DNA of 64,000 bases from positions 32,612,001-32,676,000 of the forward strand of contig NC_073399.1 in the NCBI RefSeq assembly GCF_028641065.1, in the 5' to 3' direction. The position numbers were made by a program, and so were the translations under genes. How positions within the stretch are numbered: position 1 is the first letter of the stretch; every line of letters starts with the position of its first letter. This DNA is from Leucoraja erinacea (Eukaryota). Positions 50,369 to 63,169 of this stretch are shown in pieces. The notes below the pieces were generated by a model. That model did no database searches. It worked only from the letters and a program-made list of their open reading frames with translations, and was not told the origin of the DNA.

Positions 50369-52091
50369 AGAGCTTGGTAAAGATTGTAAATTGTCCCTAG
50401 TGTGTAGGACAGTGCTAGTATAGGGGATCCCTGGTTGGTGTGGACAGTGGGCTGAAGGGCCTCTTTGGGCACCGCATATCTAAACTAAATATGGATCACG
50501 TGCAGGCAAAGAAGATTTGTTTAACTTGCCTTTATGCTCGGCACAGACATTGTAGGTTGAAGAGGCTTTCCCTGTGCTGCACAGATCTATGTCCTATGTT
50601 GCATGTTTATGCTAATCAGCCCCTGGTCACACTAGGTGACCACTTAGTCTAGTTCAAAGTTGCAAATATCATTTGTAGCAGCGTAAAATATGCTCTTGGA
50701 AAAATAAAGTCAAATATGTGCGATTGAACTGGATTGAGCTGTAATAACCAAGGTGGCGCTGTGGTAGAGTTGCTGCCTTGGAGCGTCAGAGACCTGGGTT
50801 TGATGCTGACTACAGGTGCTGTCTGTACAGTTTACATGTTTCCCCTGTGATCTCACTCCAAAAATGTACTGGTTTGTAAGTTAATTAGCTTCAGTAAAAA
50901 CAATTGTAAATTGCCCCTGGTGTGCAGGAAAGTGCAATTGCAGGGGTGCTCGCTGGTCGATGCGGAATAGGTGGACCGAAGGGCCTGTTTCCGTGCTGTA
51001 TCTCTAAAGAGAAGAAGTTAGTAAAAATCAGAAGGCAGTAATCCTCGCCACCTAACTCGAGACCTGATCAGTTCAAATCCATCAAGATCTTTTAACAGTG
51101 TACCTATTCCCAAACTATCAACCAGAGTCCAATCGTACAAAGATAAAATGACCTAAGTCCAAACAAAGTGGGTAAATGTTAAAGTACATTAAAATTCAGG
51201 TTATTCAAGAAAATGCTTTTACCATGGTTCTCCTTAATGTTGTCATTTAAATGCACTAGTGGGATTTAACCCTTGAATGCTGCCTGCTCCAAGCACCAAT
51301 GTGGCTCATTTAGGCAAACAATTATCCAGCAACTAGGCTGGCACAGTGGAACAGTGCTGGAGTTGCTGCCTTACAGCGCCAGAGAACAGGTTCAATCCCA
51401 ACTGCGGGTACTGTCTGTACGGACCGTGTGATTTTCTCCGGGTGCCCTGGTATCCTTCACACACCAAAGACGTGGAGTTTTGTAGGTTTATTGGCTTTGG
51501 TAAAGATTATAAAGTTTCCCTGGTGTGTAGGATAGTACTAGTGCAAGGGGATCACTGGTCAGCACAGACTTGGTGGGCCGAAGGGTCTGTTTCCCCGCAG
51601 CATCTCTAAACTAAACTAAATATGGATCACGTGCAGGCAGACATGATCTGTTTAACTTGTCCCTGGTGTGTGATGGTGCGAGTGTGTGGTATGATCAGTG
51701 GGCTGGAGGCCCTGTTTTTCCACTGTATCTCTAAAGTTTAATCACAACCTTGAACGTCATGTGTATGAGTCGATTACGAGCAGAGACTCTGGATAAACAA
51801 CACGGGTAAAATTGTCCAACCACAACATTTTTGAGTCAACATTGACCAGAAATACAACCAGACCTGGACTGTGGGTTCAGCCACAACAGTGAGAAGCCTG
51901 ACAAAACAATGAATCAAAGGTTCAAAGGTTCAAAGGTTCAAAGGTCTGTTTATTGTCACATGTACCAACAAGCGAGTTCGGTATTACAATTGCGCATGCC
52001 CAGGTCATGGGTCATTCGGGATAAACATTCTCGTCAGCTGAGCTACTGTGTGTGTACGGACCTGCGTATACTTTTCAATGAGATTTATAAC

Positions 52092-53005
52092 TGGTCGGTG
52101 GGGGGCGCTGCACTGGCGGCAGCCCTGTCAGCAGCACGTTAGTTTTTTTCAACTTTTTTTATTTTTTTGGTATGTTTTGAAGTCTGTTTTTAATGTTCCT
52201 TCGTGTGTTTTGTGTGGGCGGTGGTGTGGGGGGGTGAGGGGGAAACCGTTTTGGTCGTCTCCTCCAAGGAGAGGCGACTTTTTCCAGGTCGGCTCCCCCG
52301 TGGCCTAACAGCGAGGATCGGCGCGGCCTTTCCCGGAGACGCGCCCGGGGCTCGGGGCTCCAGCGGCGGGTGCAGCGTGGACTGTCAGCACGGACCTGGG
52401 GCTCGCTGGAGGGGAGCGCTCCGTTTCGTTGGCCCGCAGCAGACGGCAGCCTGAAGCCGCGGTCTGCACAGCTCCAGCTGGCGCGGCGTCTACAGCCCGG
52501 GATCCCTCGTGGGGGACCCGGGGGGAAGAAGAAGCTTCCACCGCCGGCCCGCGGCCAACTTCTACCGCGGGTCCAGTATGGACTTACATCACCCCTGGAG
52601 GGGAGCTTCGACCGCCGGCCCTGCAGACTGCGGTGCTTATGGCTGCGACGTGGAGGGAACTTTAAATCTTCAGCCGCCGGCCTATACCAACTAAAAGCTG
52701 CGGTCTCCGGTGGGGAGGAGCCGACTCTGGACTTACCTGGACTTGTACCTTGTCCTTACCATCTGGACGCCCGCAGCAACAGCTGCGGAGGGTTGAGGTC
52801 CCGACCACGGGGGAAAATGGAGGAGGACTGGCCAAATTGTGTGCCTTCCACCACAGTGATGAATGCTGTGGTGGATGTTTATGTTAAAATTTTATTGTGT
52901 TTTTGTGTGTGCCCTTTATCATTGTATCGCTGCTGACATATCATTTCACTTGCACTTTTTGTGCAATGTGACAAATAAACCGTTGTATTGTATTGTATAG
53001 TATTG
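52092..53005 (+). mobile_element. GC-rich non-coding retroposon with Rex1-type 3' stem-loop and (TTGTA)n tail
   Basis: Shares 5' and 3' modules with 33765-34565 (gggggaaaccgtt, cgactttttcc, gccttcca.cacagtga, ggatgttt.tgt). An internally deleted relative lies at about 54575-54975 (-). Confidence 0.6.
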
Positions 53006-53538
53006 TAAATAAATGTATCCGTCAAATATGTCAGCAGTAAGCCACAACGTACTGCAGGCTGCACAAATCCACAAGTGTATCTATTTAAATTATTGACAAT
53101 ACTGCACCAGCCATGAAAACGCAAGAATACCTGGAACAAACCTGTCAATTATCAAATCCCTGGCATTAGCCTGAGTCACAGCCATTCAAATACGATATTG
53201 ATTTACACAAATTACAAGTTGTATGGACAACCAATTTGAGACAGTCCTTACATTAATATCTAAACAACCTTCCTGGATTGAAGGAAACGAGGAGAATGTG
53301 CTGTGTGGGGGTAGGTTGGAAAGTTCAGATTGGATTCAAACAGGCTGGTTAAACATTCGAGGTGGGTTGGCTTAAATAAAGATGCTGTCACTTTAACCTC
53401 TGGTGTTGGCTCCAGTCTGTCAGGGCGCACAGTTGGGAGCCGGGTCCGGGTGACCAGGCGGTGATAATTATGGGAATTTACAGCCATTTGAACCGCAGCC
53501 AAACTAGCGGCTTCACTCAGGAGTGGGGCGCAGCTCAC

Positions 53539-53673
53539 CAGCTGATGGGACCTGTTCTTGCTCTTTGAAGGAGGCGCTGCCCGCCTCAGCGAGTGGGCAA
53601 ATGCGGAGCCAACCCGTAATATGAGTGGGAGCATTTTCTCAGTCAGACTTTGTCGACAGTTGGGGTGGGGGAT
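53539..53673 (-). other. Candidate 135-nt exon (phase 0-0): IPHPNCRQSLTEKMLPLILRVGSAFAHSLRRAAPPSKSKNRSHQL
   Basis: Strong acceptor ctctccctctctctcccag| and donor CTG|gtgagc; only one frame is open. Lies in a unique GC-richer island; no recognised homology. Confidence 0.35.
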
Positions 53674-56600
53674 CTGGGAGAGAGAGGGAGAGCTGGCGAT
53701 GCCGCACAGACGGAACAGTTTAATAACGACCCATTAAAATCTGCCCTTCAGCCACTCGGCAACCTGGGCTGAACTGATCTGACAGCCCTCTCGCTAGCTC
53801 GATGCGTGCCTGATCCTAACGCAGAACCTCCACAAAACCTTTGGGCTTCGGGTAACACCTGCACAAAGAGCCTCTGCTAACAAGAGCTGGCAAACGGTGC
53901 TGGTCAACGTGCACTGGGCGAGATGGCTGGGAAAACGCACTGCAACCACCGCCAACTTGGAACAGCACAGACCCTCCACTCAATCTATCCAATACTAAAG
54001 GGCAGGCAATTCACAGTTAAATGTATTATATCGGATTGGCGGCTCCTTCACAGGGCCAACCGTGTACTTGGTTTTCCTCGGAGATGAATCTTTGCCTTAA
54101 CGGTACATTCACACCGCCTGTAAGTAAAGCACCAGCCCACATCACACTGATACAGTCGCTGCCTGCCTCAGATTCAATATATTTTTACACAAATATTATG
54201 AATAAAGATAAAAAAATGTTTCAAACACAAGTAATACTTTCTCATTCCAATAGCAAACACGTTAAGGATAAAATGAAAATAATGAATTATTTAACTTTTT
54301 GAATATCTCATAATTGCAGATTAATGAACTGAACTAGAACTGGGACTGTGTAAGTGGTGTGTGAACTGCAGACCAAGAAAGGAAGCTATTGAGTTGACAG
54401 AATTCTAGATTAATTCCTTGGTAGAATAGTTACCAATTTATACACAGTTTAGACAGCGCTGCGTTCACTTTCATTTTATCATGAATGACCCTTGACAAAT
54501 CTCATGATTCCTTGCGGTTATTGAGATATCAAACTCACTTATTAAGGTAGAGTGAAACTCGGATTACCATACAGCCATGCTAAAAAAAAGCAACAATGCA
54601 CACAACTACATAATAGTTACCATTCATCATAGTGGATTCCCCACATTCTTCACTGTGATGGAAGGCAATAAAGTCTAATCTTCTTCCTCTTATTCTCCCG
54701 CGGTCGGAGCAGTCAAACCATCCACCGCCATGATGTTAGGCCGCATTGTGGACGGAGATACGATCCGGAAAGAAATCGCATCTCAGTCGAGGTAAGAGAT
54801 TAAAAAAGGTTTTCCCCCCCAAACCCCCCCCCCCCCCCCTCCCCCACCACCACCACCACCACAACCACCCCCACACATAAAACAAGCTGAAGAACACTAA
54901 AGCATACATTTAACACATACTATAAACAACAAAGAAGGAATAGTCGACACAGACTGTTGGTGAGGCTGCCATTGCAGTTCATCGGTCCTGAGATTAATGT
55001 TTTTGTGCAGAAAAATTCTAGTAACCAAAGAAAATAAAAGTATTTAAGGATTATGAGTATATAAACAGCTGAATAATTCAATCTGTGGGAACATTGAATA
55101 TATAACAGTACAGCACAGGAACAGGCCCTTCTTCCCCTGCATGTGCATATCCAAAATTATCTTAAATGCCATTATCATATTTGTCCCCTGACAACGTGTT
55201 CCAGGCACTCACCTCCCTCTGTGTAAAGTACTTTTCCTGCCCATCTCCATTAAACTTTGCCCTTCTGATTTTAAAGATATACCCTCTAGTATTTGATATT
55301 TCCCTCCTGGGAGAAAGGTTCTGACTGTCTACCCTATCTATGTCTCTCATCATTTTCTATACCTCTATCAGGTCTCGACACAACCTCTGGCATTCCAGTC
55401 AAAGAACATCTAGCGTGCGGGCCGATCGGACTTTGAATAATGTTGCCAAACATAGCGGTGTAATATATGCAAAAATAATGTCACTGTGCAGTTGCACATG
55501 TCACAAATAAATGTTTTTCGTGTATTGAACCGTTGAGTGTTACAAATGCAGAAGTTATTCAACTAATTAGCAGAGAAATAAACATAATCCCATTAAAACA
55601 GCTCCTTCAAATCCTTTTTATCATTCCTCCATCAGTCAAGTACCCAACCTGTTTCACATATTGGGAAGGTTTGTCTATTTTTATATTAGTAATGACAGGT
55701 GTGAACGGCTGTGCCGTAAATGCATTTGACGTGGAACCACAAACCTTTTGATTTAGAAAGACGAGCTTTCTGAAGAAAAAAAAATCCACTTTGCAAATGC
55801 CAGCTGGAAAGGTCATGTACGTGATGTACGTGACTGAAAACAATCGCAACTGGTGGCATGTTAAGGTAACCATTGTGAGCCATGTTTCAGTATTAATGCT
55901 TGTGCAAACATACTCCAAAGGACAGCCACAAAATCATTTTGTTCAATAGTTTTTAGTGAATATCAATACATAATAAGTGAACCATAAAAACGAGGAGGTA
56001 TTGTATCCACACAAAAAAAATTACGAATTGCCACCAAAGTATTCACAATGGTAGTTTCTCCAACTTTAACTAAATATCTATCAATACACATGAAAGCATT
56101 TCTGCCCACCAGTCAATATAAGAAAACAAGGTATATTAATGCATCAAATATTAGAAAAGCAGAGGTTCGTATTCTAAAGATGATTGTCATTCAGGGATCG
56201 TGTATACATAGCCAGTAACATGTACTGTTTGGTGAACTGTAGACAGGTAAGATTCAAGTGCGCTTCTAGTCAAGTCAAGTCAAGTCAAGTTTATTTGTCA
56301 CATACACATACGAGATGTGCAGTGAAATGAAAGTGGCAATGCTCGCGGACTTTTGTGCAAAAGACAAACAACAAAACAACCAAACAAATTATAAACACAA
56401 TCATAACACACATATTATTTTACATAATAAATAATGGAAGGAAAAACGTTCTGTAGAGTTAGTCCCTGGTGAGATAGGCGTTTACAGTCCGAATTGCCTC
56501 TGGGAAGAAACTCCTTCTCAACCTCTCCGTTCTCACCGCATGGCAACGGAGGCGTTTGCCTGACCGTAGCAGCTGGAACAGTCCGTTGCAGGGATTCTAA

Positions 56601-58430
56601 CGATTACAAAGTGGTTTCTGACTCCAAAAGAGACACCGGTTGGATGCTTGTCGGTTTTTTTTTTAGAATATTTTTCTGAACTAATGGAACTGCTGCCACA
56701 CAGCACAAAAGACCCGGATTCAATCCTAACCTCGGCTGCTGTTTGTGTGGAGTCGGCACGTTCTCCCTGTGACCGTGTGGGTTTTCTCACATCACATTGA
56801 AATATCACCTTTAACATTTTGTTTTCTGAATATGCTTTTGTAAAATCACTGCTACAGGTTTTTTCAATTCATAACAGCATTTCAGAAAGATCGTGAGATG
56901 TTGATTCAAAATTCAGTTTTACATCAAGAATATTTTCCCAAAAGATAACATATTGTTTAGTCTTATAAATCAAGAACTTGGTGGAATTAATTTGCATATT
57001 GTTGTAGTTTTGTTTTGATTGCATGGTTCAGTGAAATGTTGCTTTTTTGAGGCCGAGAGAGAGAGAGAGACAGACGGAGAGAATGAGACAGACAGATGGA
57101 AAGATAGATCGAAAGAGGCAGACTGAAACTGATTTGAATTGTGACATCTACATGATAGAGATAACAAGAAGTGTCACAAGTCAGCGTTAATACCCACTTT
57201 CAACTGCTCTTATCTTTGAACTTATACAATTATTTCTTAGATCTTGTCACTGTCCCTGTTACTTGGAAACTTCAAGATAAACTTGTGAAATCTGTAAATT
57301 CAAAATGGTCAGAATTATGATATAGATTTTCAAGACTTCCTTTCAGCGAACAGGGCAGGATCCTGAAAGGTTTCATCCAAAAAGTACAAAGGCTGAATGG
57401 AATTTAGACCAGTGTTAAGGTCCAAGAATGGTAAATTGGAATATGCATTAAGAATTGGGACGTGTAATGGTGGCATCCTTAGGGTGGCACAGTGGCATGG
57501 CTGGTGTCCCGGTGCAAGTGAATACATCTGACTGTCACAACCCAGCCTGTAGATGTACATAGAAACATAGAAACATAGAAAATAGGTGCAGGAGTAGGCC
57601 ATTCGGCCCTTCGAGCCTGCACCGCCATTCAATATGATCATGGCTGATCATCCAACTCAGTATTCTGTACCTGCTGAAGTATGTACTGAAGCTCTGTACA
57701 GCCACCATAAAACCTTTGTGGATTAAGATCACTGTTTACCCATTCTGCTGCCATTGCATCATGAGGTGCGTGACCTATATTTTACAACCTCAACCACTTA
57801 CTTTATCAATGTGTGAATGCAAGAGGAAACACAAGTAATGTCTGTTTTTGGCAGGTGTATGCATTTGTTTGATGCCACAAGGATAGCAATGCAAGATATG
57901 AAAAGATACACACAAAGTGGTGCAGTAACACAACTGGTCAGGCAGCATCTGTGGAGAAAGAGGATGGGTGACGTTTATGGTCGGGTCCTTTCTGGTCAGG
58001 ACTCGGTGTTCCCTACATCAGGACTGTGTGCAAGGTGTCAACACAAAACATCATCGTTTCCTACCATCCCCCCACATGGTAGCTCTACAGAATGCTCTAC
58101 ACTCTACAGAAGCCATATTCTATGTCGCTCTTCCAGGGAGATGCTAACTGCATTTCGTTGTCTCTGTACTGTACACTGCCAATGACAATTAAAGTTGAAT
58201 CTGAATCTGAATCTGAATGCTGCCCAACCAGCTGAGTTCCTTTTTTTGAGTTTGTTTTGTGATCTAAATTTCTGCATCTGCAGTTTTCTGTTCCACCAAA
58301 ATAATAGCTTTGGGCATAAAGAAAGGAATTGAGAGAAACTGTTTTTGTTTCTTTTTGATGCTGGCACTTCTGAAAGCTGGTCTCAGAAGTTGGAGGGATA
58401 ATACTAATTAGTTGTTGGATAACAATTAAG

Positions 58431-58735
58431 GGCGGCACACTAGCACAGCAGTAGAGCTGGTGCCTGACTGTGCCAGTGACCCAGGTTCAATCTGCACACG
58501 GGTGCTGTCTGTACGGAGTTTGTACGTTCTCGCTGTGACTGCCTGGGTTTTCTCTGGGTGCTCCAGTTTCCTGCCACATTCCAAAGACGTGCAGGTTTGT
58601 AGGTTAATTGGCTTCTGTAAATTCCCCGTAATGTGCAGGGAGTGGATGCAAAAGTGAGATAACATAGAACTAGTGTGAACGGGTGATCAATGGGCGGCAT
58701 GGACTTGATGGGCCGAATGCCCTTTTTCCATGTTG
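58431..58735 (+). mobile_element. Full-length HE1-like SINE (representative; about 15 further full or partial copies, e.g. ~20175-20640, 22390-22830, 24890-25110, 35530-35730, 38230-38460, 43095-43305, 50750-51010, 51340-51620)
   Basis: tRNA head, V-domain and CR1-shared tail. Confidence 0.85.
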
Positions 58736-59571
58736 TACAAGAAATCCCTGCAATAACAAACCATGTGCGGGGGATGGGGGAGGGGGGATAGTGTCAGTAT
58801 TGTCAATTGTCCACTATAACCATGTGAGGGTGGCGGGGAGTGCGGTGAAGTTTAACCCCAGGCCGAAGGAAGAAGCTCCGAGTTTGGGGTGGGGGGGGTT
58901 TAAAATCAGCGAGACTTCACAGGCAGGGGAGCCGCGGAGCCCGGCCCGACATGCAATGCACCAGGGACGAGCCCGGTACTCATGCCGTCTTCATCCAGCT
59001 CTCTCTATCCGCTCTCGGGCTTCCTGACCTAATGACTTACTCCAGCACTTTATGTTCTCAGCAAGATTGTAGCATCTGCATTTCATTGCATGCCCATCTA
59101 CTGCCCTCCAGCTAGTTAGACCTACAAGTGTGATTCCTGACCCACCAATGTTGTTGGCATTTGACAACTCAGTTCAGAGTTCAGCTTCGACAGTGCCAGC
59201 AACATTCACATACCAGGGGTGAGGAAGAAAGATGACAATAATTGACACAATGATGTGGGCGCATTGTTGTAAAGATTTGCATTCACTGTTTTCTTCAGTA
59301 TAAAGATCCTTTTTCAATCAAGGGTGGGAACGATAGCTGAAGATCAGAAGCCACTCAAAGAAACAAATGTGACACATTTTTCACACTTCTGTTGCAAGTG
59401 CAACACAGATTACAGAATGAGTTTCCTCCCCGTTGTGTGGAACGGATATTGAAAAACACTGAAGGTGGGGTGAAACATCGAGATTTATTTTAAATGAAAG
59501 CTAAAAATATATATACAATGTATATTGCATGTACATTGTAATGGAACAGTGAGTCTGTACATTATATACAT

Positions 59572-60474
59572 GGGGAAACTCAGCGGGTGCAGCAGCATCT
59601 ATGGAGCGAAGGAGATAGGTAACATTTCGGGCCGAAACCCTTCTTCAGACTGATAGGGGGTGGAGAGGAGAAGGAAGGAAAAAGGGAGGAGGAGGAGCCC
59701 GAGGGCTGAGGGGTGGGAGGAAACAGCTCGAGAGCTAAGGAAGGGGAGGAGCAGCAAGGGCACTTTACTAGAATGTTGCCTGGGCAGCTAAGTTACAGAG
59801 ATAGTTGAATAACGTCTTTTTCTCTGGAGCGCGAAGGTTAAGGGGGGACCTGATAGAGGTCTTTAAAATGGTGAGAGGGATAGATAGAGTTGACGTGGAA
59901 AAGCTTTTCCCACTGAGAGTAGGGAAGATTCAAACAAGGGGTCAGAATGAAGGGACAGAAGTTTAGGGGTAATATGAGGGGGAACTTCTTTACACAGAGA
60001 GTGGTAGCGGTGTGGAATGAGCTCCCAGTGGAAGTGGTGGACGCAGGTTCATTGGTATCATTTAAAAATAAATTGGATAGGCATATGGATGAGAAGGGAA
60101 TGGAGGGTTATGGTATGAGTGCAGGCAGGTGGGACTAAGGGGAAAAAATTTGTTCGGCATGGACTTGTAGGGCCGAGATGGCCTGTTTCCATGCTGTAAT
60201 TGTTATATGGTTATATGGTTAAAATTGGGAGAATTCAATGTTCATGCCCGTCGGATGCAGGCTCCCCAAGCGGAATATGAGGTGCTGTTCCTCCAATTTC
60301 CGGTGTCGCTCACTCTGGCAATGGAGGAGACCCAGGACAGAGAGGTCGGATTGGGAATGGGAGGGGGAGTTGAAGTGCTGAGCCACTGGGAGGTCAGGTA
60401 GTTTCTTGCGGACCGAGCGGAGGTGTTCGGCGAAACGATAGCCCAACCTCCGCTTAGTCTCACCGATGTAGAAT
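59572..60474 (-). mobile_element. Penelope-like fragment (GIY-YIG end + terminal repeat) with nested CR1 (about 59762-60220)
   Basis: YIGETKRRLGYRFAEHLRSVRK..PVAQHFNSPSHS..LEEQHLIFRLG..P.GMN; hammerhead core at 59621-59652 (-). Confidence 0.88.
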
Positions 60475-60928
60475 TGTGGATTCTACATCGGTGAGACTAG
60501 AACATCATGTAGATTATATACATGATGTTCTGTTCCAACACCAGCCATCAAAAAAACACACCCAATTTATACCACAGCAAAACACAAAGTGCTGGAGTAA
60601 CTCAGCAGATCAGGCAGCATCTGTGGAGACTATGGAGAGGCAGCGTTTCGATTCTTAAGACTGATCAAGAGCTCCCGACCCAAAACGTCTCCTGTCCATT
60701 CCCTCCACAGATGCTGCCTGACCCGCTGATTTATTCCAGCATCTTGTGTTTTGCTCAAGATTTCAGCATTCCATCTTACTCCATAAAAGTTTACGTCACA
60801 GAAACAAAACAGTGAAGAAAATGATTAAGAACTTTGCAGATTCCATCAGGTCCTATCCTACTTTGATGGTGCATTTTACCTTTCATAGATCATTGAATCA
60901 AATGTTTAAGGCTCATTTTACTTGACCA

Positions 60929-61030
60929 CTAACGAGCCATGCTTTGCGAACGTACCAAGTTCATATCTTCATACACTGAATTTGGAACTCGTTTTCGTTG
61001 AGATTCGGCCTCTTGATAGTGATTTTTCCC
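60929..61030 (-). CDS. Cytoplasmic (probably terminal) exon of the CD7-like receptor: GKNHYQEAESQRKRVPNSVYEDMNLVRSQSMAR*
   Basis: Acceptor ttgtcttcatttttag|GGG in phase 0, compatible with the TM exon. It contains VYEDM (YxxM PI3K p85 SH2 motif, the CD7 tail signature); TAG at 60931-60929. Not in the ORF track (<60 aa). Confidence 0.75.
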   Translation of the reverse strand, partial: GKNHYQEAESQRKRVPNSVYEDMNLVRSQSMAR

Positions 61031-61517
61031 CTAAAAATGAAGACAATTTTTAAACGTTATTTTTTCTCTAAATTTACAACTTTCAACACAGACATTCTTG
61101 CACTCTTATTAATCCTAATTAAGCATAATGCTCTTTGGAATCAATATTGGTTGGCATTATTTGCGCAATGATAGGCCATCTTCTGCCAGATTGTCTATTC
61201 ATATCTCGCTTCTTGCAAAGTTGCAAGAGAGAATTCTATCAAAGAAGGACGGAACTGCAGATGCTGGTTTAAACCGAAGCTGGAGTAACTCAACGGTCAT
61301 GCAGCAGCTCTGGGGAAAAAGAACAGGTGATGTTTTGGGTTGAGACCCTTCTTCAGCCTGAGAGCCTTCAGAATTCTAGCAAATGTCTTTACAGTCATCG
61401 TGGCATACAGCATGGAAACAGGCCTTTCAGCCCAACTCATCCATGCTAACACCAAGTGTCCCATGTAAGCGAGTCCCATTTGCCCACATTTGGCCATATC
61501 CCATTAAACCTTCCTTT

Positions 61518-62118
61518 CATAGAAACATAGAAACATAGAAATTAGGTGCAGGAGTAGGCCATTCGGCCTTTCGAGCCTGCACCGCCATTCAATATGATCA
61601 TGGCTGATCATCAACTCAGTATCCCGTACCTGCCTTCTCTCCATACCCTCTGATCCCCTTGGCCACAAGGGCCACATCTAACTCCCTCTTAAATACAGCC
61701 AATGAACTGTGTGGCCTCAACTACCTTCTGTGGCGGAGAGTTCCAGAGATTCACCACTCTCTGTGTGAAAAAAGTTCTCCTCATTTCCTTGTACCTGTCC
61801 AAGTGCTTTATAATGCTGTTATTAAATCTGCCTCAACTACCTCCTCTGGCATCTCATTCCATACACCCACTGAGTGAAAAAGTTGTCCCTCACGTTCCTT
61901 TACATCTTGTCCCCTCGCCTTAAACCCCCCGGTTCCTCAGGGTATAAAAACTCTGCATTTATCCTATCAATTCCCCTAATGAATTTTGGAAAGGTGAATA
62001 GTGGACATACATGCTGTTAATACCCCTAACAAGTCATAGAAACATAGAAAATAGGTGCAGGAGGAGGCCATTCGGCCCTTCGAGCCAGCACCGCCATTCA
62101 TTGTGATCATGGCTGATC
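61518..62118 (-). mobile_element. Two short CR1 3' ends in the CD7-like intron (about 61518-61785 and 62035-62118)
   Basis: (CATAGAAA)n tails and standard 3' UTR. Confidence 0.85.
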
Positions 62119-63169
62119 GTAGTGGGTCAGCTTCCTGAATTAGAGACTCTATATAAGTAATCCCATGGTGTTGTTGGGCAGAGAAGGGTCCAAGGTTTAC
62201 AGCTAGCAATGAAGCAGGAATAGCACTAAATCCCCAAATCAGGGTGGATTGTAACTTGGAAGGGAAGAATGCAGAACAGTGCAGCACAGGAATATTCACC
62301 CCACAATGTCCATGCCAAATATGATGCCAAGTTCAACTAATTTCCTCTGCCAGCACATTTAATTTAGTTCAGTTTAGTTTTGTTAATTGTCACATGTACC
62401 GAGGTCCAGTGAAAAGCTTTTTGCCACGTGCTAGCCAGCCAGGGTAAAGACTACACATGATTACAATTGATCAGTGATCCATATTCCTCCACTCCCTGCC
62501 TATCCACATTCCTATGTTAAAGGCTATTAAAGGCCACTATCATATCTGCCTCCGACATCACGCTTGACAACACATTCTAAGCACTCACCCCACTCTGTGT
62601 AAAACATGTGCCTCGCACATCTCCTTTAAGCTTTGCCACCCTCGCCTTTAAACTGTACTCACTCGTCTTTGACATTTCCACCCTGGGAATAAAGGTTCTG
62701 ACTGTCAGACTGTCTATCTAAGCCTCTCATAATTGTATGTACTCCCAGCAGTTCTCCCCTCAACACCCAAAGTTCCAGAAAAAAACAGTCCAAGTTTGCC
62801 CATCCTCCCTTTATATCTAAAACCATCAAATGCATCAATTGCTGGTCGGTGTTTCGAGTCAGGACACTTCGCCCAGGCTGCCTATTTCCTTCCACAGATG
62901 CTGCCTGACTGGCTGAGTTCCTCCAGCTGTTCTCCTTTCCATCCATCAGATTCCAGCATCTGCAGTCTGTTGCGCCTCAGAGCACCCACTATCTCTTGCC
63001 CACTCCCATGTACACCCATAGTGGCATTTAAGAGGCATTCAGATGGGCATATAGACATGCAGGGATATGGATCACATGCTGACAGAGACAGGATCGAACC
63101 CGGGTCTCTGGCGCTGTGAGGCAGTGGCTCTATCTGCTGCGCCAGAGACCCGGGTTTGTGTAATGTATT

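Noticed and set aside
53260-53634. 124-aa ORF MLPLILRVGS..., superficially like a mitochondrial leader or the CSNK1D start (MELRVG)
   Set aside because: No kinase glycine-rich loop follows; the ORF runs through a splice donor, and no gene symbol is supportable.
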